From: a virus
Taxonomy: Duplodnaviria; Caudoviricetes
DNA: 64,000 nt
IMG/VR virus record: IMGVR_UViG_2926965794_000002
Span: 32,001-96,000 of that record
Strand: one strand, 5' to 3'
Within the stretch, counting starts at the first letter, position 1; every line of letters begins with the position of its first letter. Positions 28,673 to 37,340 of this stretch are shown here, one piece after another. Position numbers and translations under genes: made by a program. The notes beneath the pieces are model-generated. The model was given only the letters and a program-made list of their open reading frames with translations. It made no database searches and was not told the origin of the DNA.

Positions 28673-28998
28673 ACCGCGATGCATTCCGCCGCACCATTTC
28701 CGCGCTACGCGCCGAGGCGAGAGGCCGGCGCCATCATGTCGCGACATTCTGGATTGTCTGCAACGGCGTCGAATTCACGGCGCGCGCAGAACGGGCAATC
28801 GGTCCGGTTGATTTGCGGACGTCGCGTCTATCTTGCCGGCCTCGCCGAGCTCTTGCGGCCGAGGCCTTGCGTTGGGCGGCTCATTATCGGCGCGCCGCGA
28901 AACACTCGCCTATCGCCCGCGCTCGCAATCTAGAGGCCGCGCGCGAATGCATCGCCGAGGCCGCGGCCTATCATTCCGTCTTTAACCGCCTTCCGTGA
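28669..28998 (+). CDS. Arg/Ala-rich hypothetical protein
   Basis: ATGA overlap with the upstream gene. Confidence 0.6.
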   Translation: MNRDAFRRTISALRAEARGRRHHVATFWIVCNGVEFTARAERAIGPVDLRTSRLSCRPRRALAAEALRWAAHYRRAAKHSPIARARNLEAARECIAEAAAYHSVFNRLP

Positions 28999-29011
28999 GG
29001 GATACCGCACC

Positions 29012-29350
29012 ATGAAAACAGCGCGCTTTTGGCACTATCACAAATCCGGCCTTGTTCGTATTGCGTTGCGGACTGGCCAAACATTGCACCATTCGCACGG
29101 CGCCAGAACAGACGAGGGATGGACGCGCGAGTCCAATATCTTTTCTTTCGACGGGCAAACCGTGACTAACGAATGGTGCGACGATGGCGCGGATTGCGAT
29201 GGACGCCTAACCTGCAATGGCGTTTGCAGCTGCGCGGCCGATAGGCTTTCCGCGGGTTACCATGACGTTGAAAACGGCGCGCGGTTTCCGGACTGGCAAG
29301 CCGCCGCAAGCATACAACGCGATTATTCCGCCGAGGCTGCAGGCTACTAG
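29012..29350 (+). CDS. Hypothetical protein (TDEGW..DCDG motifs)
   Basis: GAGGG RBS; 112 aa. Confidence 0.75.
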   Translation: MKTARFWHYHKSGLVRIALRTGQTLHHSHGARTDEGWTRESNIFSFDGQTVTNEWCDDGADCDGRLTCNGVCSCAADRLSAGYHDVENGARFPDWQAAASIQRDYSAEAAGY

Positions 29351-29407
29351 GCCGGCGCCGTCGAATTCAAACGCGCGATTGTGCGCAAATCGAAAGGACA
29401 GACAGAC

Positions 29408-29599
29408 ATGGCACGATATGGCGGCGATCCGCGATGGATCATTACCAAATATCCGGCCAATGACCGGAACGGGCATTTTATCCCGGTAGGAACGCGCGCG
29501 TTCTATTATCCGGTTTCCAAACGCATGTTGACCGGCGCCGAGGCTGAACAGGCAAGCCGCGATTTTGAGGCCGCACGTTTCGACGAAAGCATGAGGTAA
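29408..29599 (+). CDS. Small hypothetical island protein
   Basis: ATG 36 nt after repeat A5; DPRWI.TKY motif. Confidence 0.75.
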   Translation: MARYGGDPRWIITKYPANDRNGHFIPVGTRAFYYPVSKRMLTGAEAEQASRDFEAARFDESMR

Positions 29600-29605
29600 A
29601 GCGCA

Positions 29606-29905
29606 ATGGATTTTGCAGCATTCCAAGCCGCCGCGGCCGAGTTGGATAGCCGCATGAAAGAGGCCGGCGCGCGCCTCGGCGCCGTGACAGAAAGCCTTGC
29701 GGCCGAGATGGGGATTCCGGCGCGCGGTCCGATGGGATTGACGCCGGACCGCATTAAGTTTGATCCGCGATACCGGCTTGCGAAGGCCGCGGCCGATATC
29801 GCCTTTGCGGAACTACGGGCATTCAATGGCCGGTATGCGCCGCGCTTCAAGAAAGAGATACGCGCCGAGATTGACGCGCGGCGCCGTGCGAAGTGCACCG
29901 CTTAA
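29606..29905 (+). CDS. Small hypothetical protein (GPMGLTPD motif)
   Basis: GAGGT RBS; 99 aa. Confidence 0.75.
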   Translation: MDFAAFQAAAAELDSRMKEAGARLGAVTESLAAEMGIPARGPMGLTPDRIKFDPRYRLAKAAADIAFAELRAFNGRYAPRFKKEIRAEIDARRRAKCTA

Positions 29906-29967
29906 CCTGGCCTCGCCTTCCATCACTATTCCCGCGCGATTGTGCGCAACAGAAAGGACAATGGACC

Positions 29968-31068
29968 ATGCAACAGAGTGATATGATCGCGGCAAAGGCT
30001 GCCAAGGCAACGGAACGGCGCGCGCTGGCAATTATCGCCTATGACAACGCTAAACAGGATCCTGACGGCGCGAACTGGCAAGGGATTGCCGATTTGCTGC
30101 GCCTCTCCCTTCCCTCGGCGAAAGCCAAGGCCGCGCCGGCCGAGACTGGCGCCGACAACGGCGCGCCATGGTCGGATTATGATATCCCGGCAAGCGCGAC
30201 GAAACGTCTAGGCAAATCGCCTATCATCGTTGTGACGTTCTCTTGCGGTGCCGTGGTCTGCGCGCCGGCGGTTTCCCTTCCCGGCAAGCCGGTAAACATC
30301 GGCCGCGGCTTGCGTGTTGCCTTTGCCTTCTACCGCGCGCGGATCGCCCGGGAATTCGGCAAGGCCTCGGCCATTGGTTCGGATTGCGTGAACGTTCCGG
30401 CCATCGTTTCCGCCATCTGTGACGCTACCGGCGCCGAGTATGGCGCGGACGAATGCAACGCCAAAACCTCCGAATTCCGCCGCGGCGGTTTCGATCATGT
30501 CGCGCTTTCCGCCGAGGCCTCGGCCTTGCCGGAAAAGGCCGAGGCCGGCGAGTTGACGCGCGCCGACTTCTACCGCGGCCATTACCTCATTGCCTCGGCC
30601 GAGGCCGAGATTTTGGCCGGCGCCAATGAGGATCGCGCGGCCGAGTTGGGCGCGCAGATTAACGATTATCGCGCGCGCCTCGGCGGCTTGTCATGGCTGG
30701 AAATTGAAGCGCGGCGCCGCGCCGCAATCCGTGAGGCCAAAGCCGCGGCAAAGGCCGAGGCCGAGGCTATGGCCGAGGCCGGCCGGCGCGCCGAGCGCGA
30801 GGCCGAGGCGCACGCAGCTGCAGCCAAGGCCGAGGCCGAGGCGCCGCGGTTGCGGCTTGTCGGGGACAATTCCGCCAGCGTCGAAACCGCGGCGGCGCCA
30901 TCCCTCCCAGATACGGCCGATTCCCTCCCGGTTGCGCCCGCGCCAAAATCGGCCGCGCCTCTCCCGGTTGCGCCTTCCCGCGTCGCGCGCTTCCTGGCCT
31001 CGTCATCGCTCGGCGCGCCTCGTCATTCCCTCCCGGTTGCGCCTTTCTGCGCGATCCGCTCGGCCTAG
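29968..31068 (+). CDS. Ala-rich hypothetical protein with LPVAP repeats
   Basis: ATG 35 nt after repeat A6; 366 aa. Confidence 0.75.
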   Translation: MQQSDMIAAKAAKATERRALAIIAYDNAKQDPDGANWQGIADLLRLSLPSAKAKAAPAETGADNGAPWSDYDIPASATKRLGKSPIIVVTFSCGAVVCAPAVSLPGKPVNIGRGLRVAFAFYRARIAREFGKASAIGSDCVNVPAIVSAICDATGAEYGADECNAKTSEFRRGGFDHVALSAEASALPEKAEAGELTRADFYRGHYLIASAEAEILAGANEDRAAELGAQINDYRARLGGLSWLEIEARRRAAIREAKAAAKAEAEAMAEAGRRAEREAEAHAAAAKAEAEAPRLRLVGDNSASVETAAAPSLPDTADSLPVAPAPKSAAPLPVAPSRVARFLASSSLGAPRHSLPVAPFCAIRSA

Positions 31069-31083
31069 TCGGAGTCGCCAGCA

Positions 31084-31281
31084 ATGCACGCCTATGGTTT
31101 CGATATCCAACCGGACGGGGCAAGGTTTCGCCTAGTTGACCGCGCCGAGTTCAACCATTGGGGCGAGTTATCGCCGCGGTTCGATACCGCGGCCAAGGCC
31201 GAGGAATACGCGCGCCGTTGCGACGAATTAAAGCGCGGCAAGCGCTCAACCGTCGAATTGCGCGCTTGGGAACTGACCTAG
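31084..31281 (+). CDS. Small hypothetical island protein
   Basis: GGAG RBS; 65 aa. Confidence 0.6.
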   Translation: MHAYGFDIQPDGARFRLVDRAEFNHWGELSPRFDTAAKAEEYARRCDELKRGKRSTVELRAWELT

Positions 31282-31349
31282 GCCGCGGCGCGCCTCGGCC
31301 TCTCGAATTGACACGCGCGATTGTGCGCAAACGGAAAGGAATACAGACA

Positions 31350-31763
31350 ATGCGGAAACCGACTCCCAACAAAGAAAAGGCCGCGCAGCTGGCGCGCCAA
31401 ATCGCCAACATGACAGACGAGCAAAAGGCGCTTTGGCTGCAGCGCGCGCCGATCCTCACCGCGGACGCGCGGCCGATATCCGGCAAAAATCACATGCTGG
31501 CGGCGATGCAGTGCGAAGGCGCAACCATGCTCGGCGGCTTCAATCAATGGCTTGCCGCCGGCCGCGCGGTGCGGAAAGGCGAGTCCGCAATCTATATCTT
31601 TGCGCCGTCCGGCCGGCGCGCACCGGCCGAGGCCTCAGCGCCGCCGAGCGCGGAAGGCGCCGCGTCCGAGGCCGTGGCGGAGTCGGTGCGGTTTATCCTG
31701 GTGCCGGTTTTCGACGTTTCGCAAACCGAGGAAAAGCCGGCCGAACAAGCCGCCGCGGCATAG
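31350..31763 (+). CDS. ArdC N-terminal (DUF1738) ssDNA-binding domain protein
   Basis: SGKNHML..GFNQWLAAGRAVRKGE.AIYIFAP..F.LVPVFDVSQTE signature; ATG 36 nt after repeat A7. Confidence 0.85.
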   Translation: MRKPTPNKEKAAQLARQIANMTDEQKALWLQRAPILTADARPISGKNHMLAAMQCEGATMLGGFNQWLAAGRAVRKGESAIYIFAPSGRRAPAEASAPPSAEGAASEAVAESVRFILVPVFDVSQTEEKPAEQAAAA

Positions 31764-31820
31764 TCCCGGCTACGATCGATTTTGCACCCCCGAGCTACGG
31801 CCGATTTTGCGCAACACCGC

Positions 31821-31850
31821 TTGACAGATTCGGCCGACACAAATTAGAGA
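31821..31850 (+). promoter_or_regulatory. Candidate sigma70 promoter
   Basis: TTGACA-N18-TAGAGA, 38 nt before repeat A8. Confidence 0.45.
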
Positions 31851-31894
31851 AGCACCCCCGCGCGATTGTGCGCAAATCGAAAGGACAGAAACAC

Positions 31895-34255
31895 ATGCAG
31901 CATTCCGCCACCTATTCGCCCGATGATAACAAGCTGCGCCTTTATCCGGCGCACCGCCTGGACGCCGAGGAGTACGCGCGCGTGAAGGCCGCCGGCTTCA
32001 AGTGGGCGCCGCGCCAAGAACTGTTCGTCAAACCGTCCTGGAGCCCAAGCGCCGAAGATTTGCTGATTGAGATGTGTGGCGAGATCGGCGACGAGGACAA
32101 GAGCCTGGTAGAGCGCGCCGAGGATCGCGCCGACCGCTTCGACGAGTACAGCGACAAGCGGCTTTCAGAAGCCAACCGCGCGCGCGAGGCCGTGGACCAG
32201 ATCGCGGAACGGTTCGCGATGGGGCAGCCGATCTTGGTCGGCCATCATTCGGAGAAGAGCGCCCGCAGGGACAAAGAGCGCATGGATTCCGGCATGCGCA
32301 AGGCTCTCAAACTCTGGGACACCTCGAAATATTGGACGGCGCGCGCGGCCGGCGCCATCGCTCACGCGAAATACAAGGAACTGCCGGCGGTGCGTCATCG
32401 CCGCATCAAGGGCATTGAGTCCGATAAGCGGAAGCTGGAACGCCAGCAAGCAGAAACCGAAAGGCAGCTGAAGGCCTGGCAGATCGTCGCCGGCATCACC
32501 GACCTGGAGAAGCAGCGCGCGGCCGGTCTGACCGTGGCCAACAGCAGCGGTTATTGGTCGATGTCGTTTCCGCTGGCTGACTATCCGCGCGATCCGCCCG
32601 CCTCGCAGTATGAGGGACCGATGGGCCTTTGGTCCGCAATTGACGGGAACGTCATCACCGCCGCGCAGGCCGCCGCTATCGCGATTCCGAGCCTGCAGCG
32701 TTCCGGGCCTTGGCGAGACCGTTGGGTTGCGCACTATGACAACCGGCTGGCCTATGAACGCGCGATGTTGGCCGAGCAGATCGGCACCGAGGCGACCGCC
32801 AACCCGCTGGCCGACCGCTTCGCCTTCGCCGTCGGCGGCGAGGTGCAGACACGTCGCAGCGATGAATGGGTTACGGTGTTGAAGGTCAACCGCGGCGCTA
32901 ACGGTTCAGTTTCCAGCATGACGACGACCACGCCGGCCGGATCGCGCGGCAAGCAAGCGCATTGGAAGGTGGAGAGCATCCGCGATTATCGCGCGCCGAG
33001 CGCCGAGAACGTCGCCGCAGCGAAGGCCGCAACCAAGCTGCCGCCGCTCTGCAACTATCCCGGCGAGGGATTCCGCGAGATGACGGAGACCGAATGGAAG
33101 GGCCGCCGGCAGTTCTCGGATTTCTCCTATATCGGCAAGGTGAAGGAGACCGAGACCCACGGCGCGCATCGCGTGCGGCAAATGCCGACGCCCGGCGAAT
33201 TCTGGAAGAAACAGCAAGTTTTCATTACGGATGCAAAGCGCGTCGATCCGCCCAAGATCGCGCCGGCAGCCGAGCCGCAGGCGCCCGCGGAATTCGTCGC
33301 CGAGTATGTAGCGCCGCCCGCTGTTGATATTGACGCCATGCTGGCAACGGTCGGCGAGATCACCGGCGCACCGGTCGAGACCGTCACCCAGGACGAGCCC
33401 GAGGCCGTGCCGGCGCTGGTCCCGGTTGCGCCCGCGGAGGAGCCGCGACGCCTCGGCGACGCTAAGGCGGAGGCCCAGCGCATCGGCGCTGAGATCATCA
33501 CCGGACTCGGCCAGTTCCGTGTTGGCCTCGGCCAGCACGTCACCGACTGGTGCGACGATGAGGCGACGGCCTGGCGGCAGTTCTGCGAACTGGCTGGCGT
33601 GCCGTTCGAAGCCGAGGCGGTGCCGGCGGACCTGCGGCCGCGCGTTCTCGCCCCGGTCCCGGATACGGCCGATTCGCCGGAGCCGACCGCGGCGGACAGC
33701 TTCGAGGCAATGCGGGCCATGCTGAAAGGCGGCGGCGTTCAAGTCGTCGTTGCGCCTCAACTCTTCCCGACCTCGAACGAACTTGCCGCGGACGTCGCCG
33801 AGGCCGCCGACATCCGGCCCGGGCAGCGCATCTTGGAGCCGAGCGCAGGAACCGGCGCGCTTATCGAGGCCGCGCGCAACTGTGCCGATGGTCTCCAGGT
33901 GGTGGCGGTCGAGATCAACACCAAACTGTGCCAGGCGCTGGCCAACCGCTTCACCGGGTTGACCGTCATCAATGCGGACTTTCTCGACATGGCCGGCGCA
34001 ACGGACAAGTTTGACCGGATCATCATGAATCCGCCATTCGAGCGCGGCGCCGACATCAAGCACATTGAGAACGCGCGGCGCTTCCTGAAACCTGACGGCC
34101 GACTGGTCGCCATCTGCGCCGACGGACCGCGCCAGCGCGCGAAGCTCGAACCGATCGCGGTGGAGTATCGCGCCCTGCCCCCGGGATCCTTCAAGGCCGC
34201 CGGAACGATGGTCAACACGGCGCTCGTCGTGATCGATGGGCCGCCGCCGAGATAG
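31895..34255 (+). CDS. DUF3560-domain protein fused to a C-terminal amino-DNA methyltransferase
   Basis: ATYSPDDNKLRLY, GFKWAP, GQPILVGHHSEK; C-terminal ILEPSAGTG and IMNPPF; ATG 36 nt after repeat A8. Confidence 0.9.
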   Translation: MQHSATYSPDDNKLRLYPAHRLDAEEYARVKAAGFKWAPRQELFVKPSWSPSAEDLLIEMCGEIGDEDKSLVERAEDRADRFDEYSDKRLSEANRAREAVDQIAERFAMGQPILVGHHSEKSARRDKERMDSGMRKALKLWDTSKYWTARAAGAIAHAKYKELPAVRHRRIKGIESDKRKLERQQAETERQLKAWQIVAGITDLEKQRAAGLTVANSSGYWSMSFPLADYPRDPPASQYEGPMGLWSAIDGNVITAAQAAAIAIPSLQRSGPWRDRWVAHYDNRLAYERAMLAEQIGTEATANPLADRFAFAVGGEVQTRRSDEWVTVLKVNRGANGSVSSMTTTTPAGSRGKQAHWKVESIRDYRAPSAENVAAAKAATKLPPLCNYPGEGFREMTETEWKGRRQFSDFSYIGKVKETETHGAHRVRQMPTPGEFWKKQQVFITDAKRVDPPKIAPAAEPQAPAEFVAEYVAPPAVDIDAMLATVGEITGAPVETVTQDEPEAVPALVPVAPAEEPRRLGDAKAEAQRIGAEIITGLGQFRVGLGQHVTDWCDDEATAWRQFCELAGVPFEAEAVPADLRPRVLAPVPDTADSPEPTAADSFEAMRAMLKGGGVQVVVAPQLFPTSNELAADVAEAADIRPGQRILEPSAGTGALIEAARNCADGLQVVAVEINTKLCQALANRFTGLTVINADFLDMAGATDKFDRIIMNPPFERGADIKHIENARRFLKPDGRLVAICADGPRQRAKLEPIAVEYRALPPGSFKAAGTMVNTALVVIDGPPPR

Positions 34256-34331
34256 CCCCCGGCTGCGCCTACCTCCCGGCTACGATCGATTTTGAACCGC
34301 GCAACTGTGCGCAATTTTGAAAGGACACCGA

Positions 34332-34838
34332 ATGCCCATGACCTTCGAGCAGTTTCAGGCCACCCGCACCGAATGCGCCGACATCGGCGCAGCCATCAGC
34401 ACCGATATGGGGATAACCGAGCCAGTGCCCGGCTTTCTGTACCTCGGGACGTTCTATATCGAGGGCATGACGTCAACCTGGCCCGACGAGGCGCGCGCGC
34501 AGGGGACGTATCACCTCCTGATCGAGCGCGACGAATGGATTAGCGACGACCTCGAAGCGTTGGAGCGCCACCTTTTTGAGTTTGCGCTCGCCTCTGGTGC
34601 CGAAATGGGAATTGACGACCTCTGCGCCGAGTACAAGACCTGGAACAAGGCGCAAGGCCTCAACCTCAGCAGCGCTGATGAGCATCTGGCCGACGAGACG
34701 CTTTCCGAGGAGCAGCGCGGTTGGCTGCGCGACTTCTCCAGCCGTTGGGAAGAGGCTGAGCAGCGCGCGCGGCGTCACAAGTGCCAGCACCGCGACAGCG
34801 GGCGCGGCGTCTGCATCGACTGCGGCGCAGCCCTTTGA
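34332..34838 (+). CDS. Acidic hypothetical protein with C-terminal Cys/His cluster
   Basis: ATG 34 nt after repeat A9; ends CQHRDSGRGVCIDCG. Confidence 0.75.
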   Translation: MPMTFEQFQATRTECADIGAAISTDMGITEPVPGFLYLGTFYIEGMTSTWPDEARAQGTYHLLIERDEWISDDLEALERHLFEFALASGAEMGIDDLCAEYKTWNKAQGLNLSSADEHLADETLSEEQRGWLRDFSSRWEEAEQRARRHKCQHRDSGRGVCIDCGAAL

Positions 34839-34873
34839 CCCCTCGGCTACGACCGATTTGACGGAGGCTCCTC

Positions 34874-35041
34874 ATGCTCACAATTGAGATAATCGCGACC
34901 GCGACGGGCAAATGCATCAAGCGCTGTGCGTTCGAGGCCGCGACGGTTTCGGATCGCGCCGCGGTGTTCCTGTCATTCCTCAATTACTGGGAACGGCATT
35001 TCGGACAGCAGACCGATTACACCTGGCGCACACCCGCATAG
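34874..35041 (+). CDS. 55 aa hypothetical protein
   Basis: GGAGG RBS right after a B repeat; MLTIEIIATATGK..; below the ORF-track cutoff. Confidence 0.55.
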   Translation: MLTIEIIATATGKCIKRCAFEAATVSDRAAVFLSFLNYWERHFGQQTDYTWRTPA

Positions 35042-35056
35042 GAAGGAGGTTGACTC

Positions 35057-35374
35057 ATGACGACCAAGAAGCCCGATATCTACTCCGGCCCCATCGAAGG
35101 CGCGCGCGCCGCCATCATCGAAGCGCTCGGCGGTGCATTCGCAACCCCGCCAGCCTCGCCGCCCGAACGCCAGCTGACCGACGACGAGAAGGCCTTTATC
35201 GCCCGCATGGCGCCGCACGTCATGGCCGGCAAGACGATGGAGGAAGCCGCGGCGGCCGTCGTCCAGGACGATGAGCGGCTTTGGCTGACCGCTACGGAGG
35301 ACTCCGACGTTGGCCGCGCGATCCGCGACGAGCTCGCCGCCACGGTCTACGCCGCGGCGCGATCTGCGACATAG
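35057..35374 (+). CDS. Hypothetical protein
   Basis: AGGAGGT RBS; 105 aa. Confidence 0.7.
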   Translation: MTTKKPDIYSGPIEGARAAIIEALGGAFATPPASPPERQLTDDEKAFIARMAPHVMAGKTMEEAAAAVVQDDERLWLTATEDSDVGRAIRDELAATVYAAARSAT

Positions 35375-35449
35375 AGACGGCTGCACCTCCCGCTTACGAC
35401 CGATTTCCCAATACCCCCTCGGCTACGGCCGATTTGAGAGGAGTCCGAA

Positions 35450-36073
35450 ATGCCTCGACGCAAATCCAAACTGCCGGCACCGAAACCGCCGATCGAGATC
35501 GGCGACTATTTCGCCCATCGCGGTCTCGACAATGTCACTGTCCGTCTAAAAACAGGCCCTCTTGACAACAACTTCTTTTCGCTCCGCGACGAGCACATCA
35601 CGCAGTGCTCGACTTTCGAAGGTGCCGAGCGCCTGGCAGCGCTGATGAATCAGGCTCGCGACCTCGCCCGTGACTATCGCATGGTCTCCAATATCGGCGG
35701 TCAATTCGGCGGCCGCGATCAGATCGCAGGCTACATCGCGCGTCACGTCGCCAATGCCCTCGACGTGCCACACCGATACGTCTCACCGGACGAGCACACC
35801 CGCGAGACGCTCAATGAATACGGCCGTCAGGTCGGCGATCTCGCGCGGTTCTTCGCCTTCCTGGATGCGACCGGTACGCCGGCCACGCTCGATGACTTCA
35901 AGGCCCGGGCCATGCTGCGCCGGCATGCTATCAACGACCGCGACTGCACGTACTGCGACCACGACCGTTCCCGCGAGGTTGTCCGTGCTTGGCGCCGCAC
36001 CTTCGATCCGTCGACCGCCGCGGCAGATCGCGCCGCGCAGGTTCTCCGGGAGATAGAGGCCGCAACATCATGA
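35450..36073 (+). CDS. Hypothetical protein
   Basis: GAGGAG RBS after a B-repeat pair; 207 aa. Confidence 0.7.
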   Translation: MPRRKSKLPAPKPPIEIGDYFAHRGLDNVTVRLKTGPLDNNFFSLRDEHITQCSTFEGAERLAALMNQARDLARDYRMVSNIGGQFGGRDQIAGYIARHVANALDVPHRYVSPDEHTRETLNEYGRQVGDLARFFAFLDATGTPATLDDFKARAMLRRHAINDRDCTYCDHDRSREVVRAWRRTFDPSTAAADRAAQVLREIEAATS

Positions 36074-36345
36074 CCAACGAACAAATGGTTTCAGCCGCCG
36101 GCATCAAGGTCGTGACCCGTGCCGAGTTCGACGCCGCGACCGACGTTCCCGCCGGCGTGCGCCTGGTGGCCAATCGGCTGTTCAAACGCTGGGGCGGCGA
36201 CTTCGTGGTGTACGACCCGGCCGGCGGCGATGACGGCTGGCTGCTCATCGACGATGATCGAGAACAGATCATCGGCGAGACGATCGAACACCTCGGACGG
36301 CTCAACCCTGAGCCGTCGGCGCCGGCGCAAGGCTCGCTTTTCTGA
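36070..36345 (+). CDS. Small acidic hypothetical protein
   Basis: ATGA overlap; MTNEQMV start. Confidence 0.65.
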   Translation: MTNEQMVSAAGIKVVTRAEFDAATDVPAGVRLVANRLFKRWGGDFVVYDPAGGDDGWLLIDDDREQIIGETIEHLGRLNPEPSAPAQGSLF

Positions 36346-36563
36346 TGACACTGAGGCCCTGGAAAGAGTTGACCCGCGACCAGCGGGCCGAGCGCCTCGG
36401 CGACGCGCGGCGATGGAAGAAGCCCGCCGAGCCTGGAGACAAGCGGGCAGCCGAACTGCTGCGGCGGCTCGAGTCCGGAGAACCCTTGACCCGGGCCGAC
36501 CTAAAGGAGGCCCGCGCGCTGCTGCGCGCCAAACGAGGAAGGAATCAAGATGAGACAGGTTAG
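36345..36563 (+). CDS. Small hypothetical protein
   Basis: TGATG coupling; 72 aa. Confidence 0.55.
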   Translation: MTLRPWKELTRDQRAERLGDARRWKKPAEPGDKRAAELLRRLESGEPLTRADLKEARALLRAKRGRNQDETG

Positions 36564-36915
36564 ACGCGTGCCCGCCGATTGGCAGCACCCCCGCAACTCC
36601 GGAGGCCGGTATGTCCCGCTGCTGGAGACTGCCCCGGATGCGCCCGCGCCCGATCCTACCCGCCACATGCCGGCTTGGCCAGCGGCGCAGCGCACGCACT
36701 GGCAGCTGTACGAGACCACCAGCGCCGGCACGCCGGTTTCGCCACCCTGCCCGTCACCCGAGGCGTTGGCCAAATGGCTGGCCGGCCACCATGTGGAGGC
36801 CGCACCAGGCTTCACGGGAACGGAGGCGCAATGGCTCGGCGCGATCAAGCGCGGCACCATCCCGCCGGTGATGACCGTCGGCAAGCGCCAGGTCAATCCG
36901 CTCGACTACACCTGA
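36550..36915 (+). CDS. Hypothetical phage protein (RRVPADWQHP..WQLYETTS.GTPVSP)
   Basis: AAGGA RBS; 121 aa. Confidence 0.75.
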   Translation: MRQVRRVPADWQHPRNSGGRYVPLLETAPDAPAPDPTRHMPAWPAAQRTHWQLYETTSAGTPVSPPCPSPEALAKWLAGHHVEAAPGFTGTEAQWLGAIKRGTIPPVMTVGKRQVNPLDYT

Positions 36916-37008
36916 TCGGCCGGGACTCCCGGCTACGATCGATTTTGTGCTACCCCCTCGGCTACGGCCGATTCCGGGCGACTGTGCCCAACCGGAAAGG
37001 ATCTCGAG

Positions 37009-37332
37009 ATGTCACCACCCCGATTTGCTCACCGCAAGATCACGAGCGAAGATTTCAAGGCCGAGCTGGCCAAGCAAGGCATGTCGGTGCCGGCGTTCGC
37101 GCGCGTCTGGTGCCAGAACCTGTCTACGGTGAAGAAGTGGGCGAATGGCGGGAACGATATCCCGACCTGGGTGCCGATCGCGCTCACCATGATGACGCTG
37201 CCGAATGCCCATGGCACCGCTCGCATGGCGGCGGCGGCGATGATCGAAGAGGATCGGCTGCATCCCGAGCTCGGGAAATTCCCCTATCAGAAGCTTCGGC
37301 AGATGCCGGCGGACGACGAGATCGAGGAATAG
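37009..37332 (+). CDS. Small XRE-like HTH protein (last island gene)
   Basis: SEDFKAELAKQGMSVPAFARVW..STVKKWANG..IP.WV; ATG 34 nt after repeat A10. Confidence 0.8.
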   Translation: MSPPRFAHRKITSEDFKAELAKQGMSVPAFARVWCQNLSTVKKWANGGNDIPTWVPIALTMMTLPNAHGTARMAAAAMIEEDRLHPELGKFPYQKLRQMPADDEIEE

Positions 37333-37340
37333 CCCCCGGG

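Larger units (their letters stand above)
26590..36991 (+). repeat. Repeat family A: ten start-associated 17-mers CGCGCRAYTGTGCGCAA
   Basis: Copies start at 26590, 27306, 27727, 28234, 29372, 29933, 31314, 31859, 34298 and 36975 (variant), each followed by an AAAGG/AGAGG RBS and an ATG. Confidence 0.95.

Noticed and set aside
31433-31894. N-terminal extension of the 940 aa ORF (and similar extensions at 6241..7140, 14677..15762, 20152..21699, 47283..48494, 53127..54272)
   Set aside because: They overlap real upstream genes or regulatory DNA; RBS, repeat A spacing and family N-termini support later starts.
26590-36991. Repeat A or B as a CRISPR array
   Set aside because: Spacing is hundreds to thousands of bases and irregular, the intervening DNA is whole genes, and no cas genes are present.
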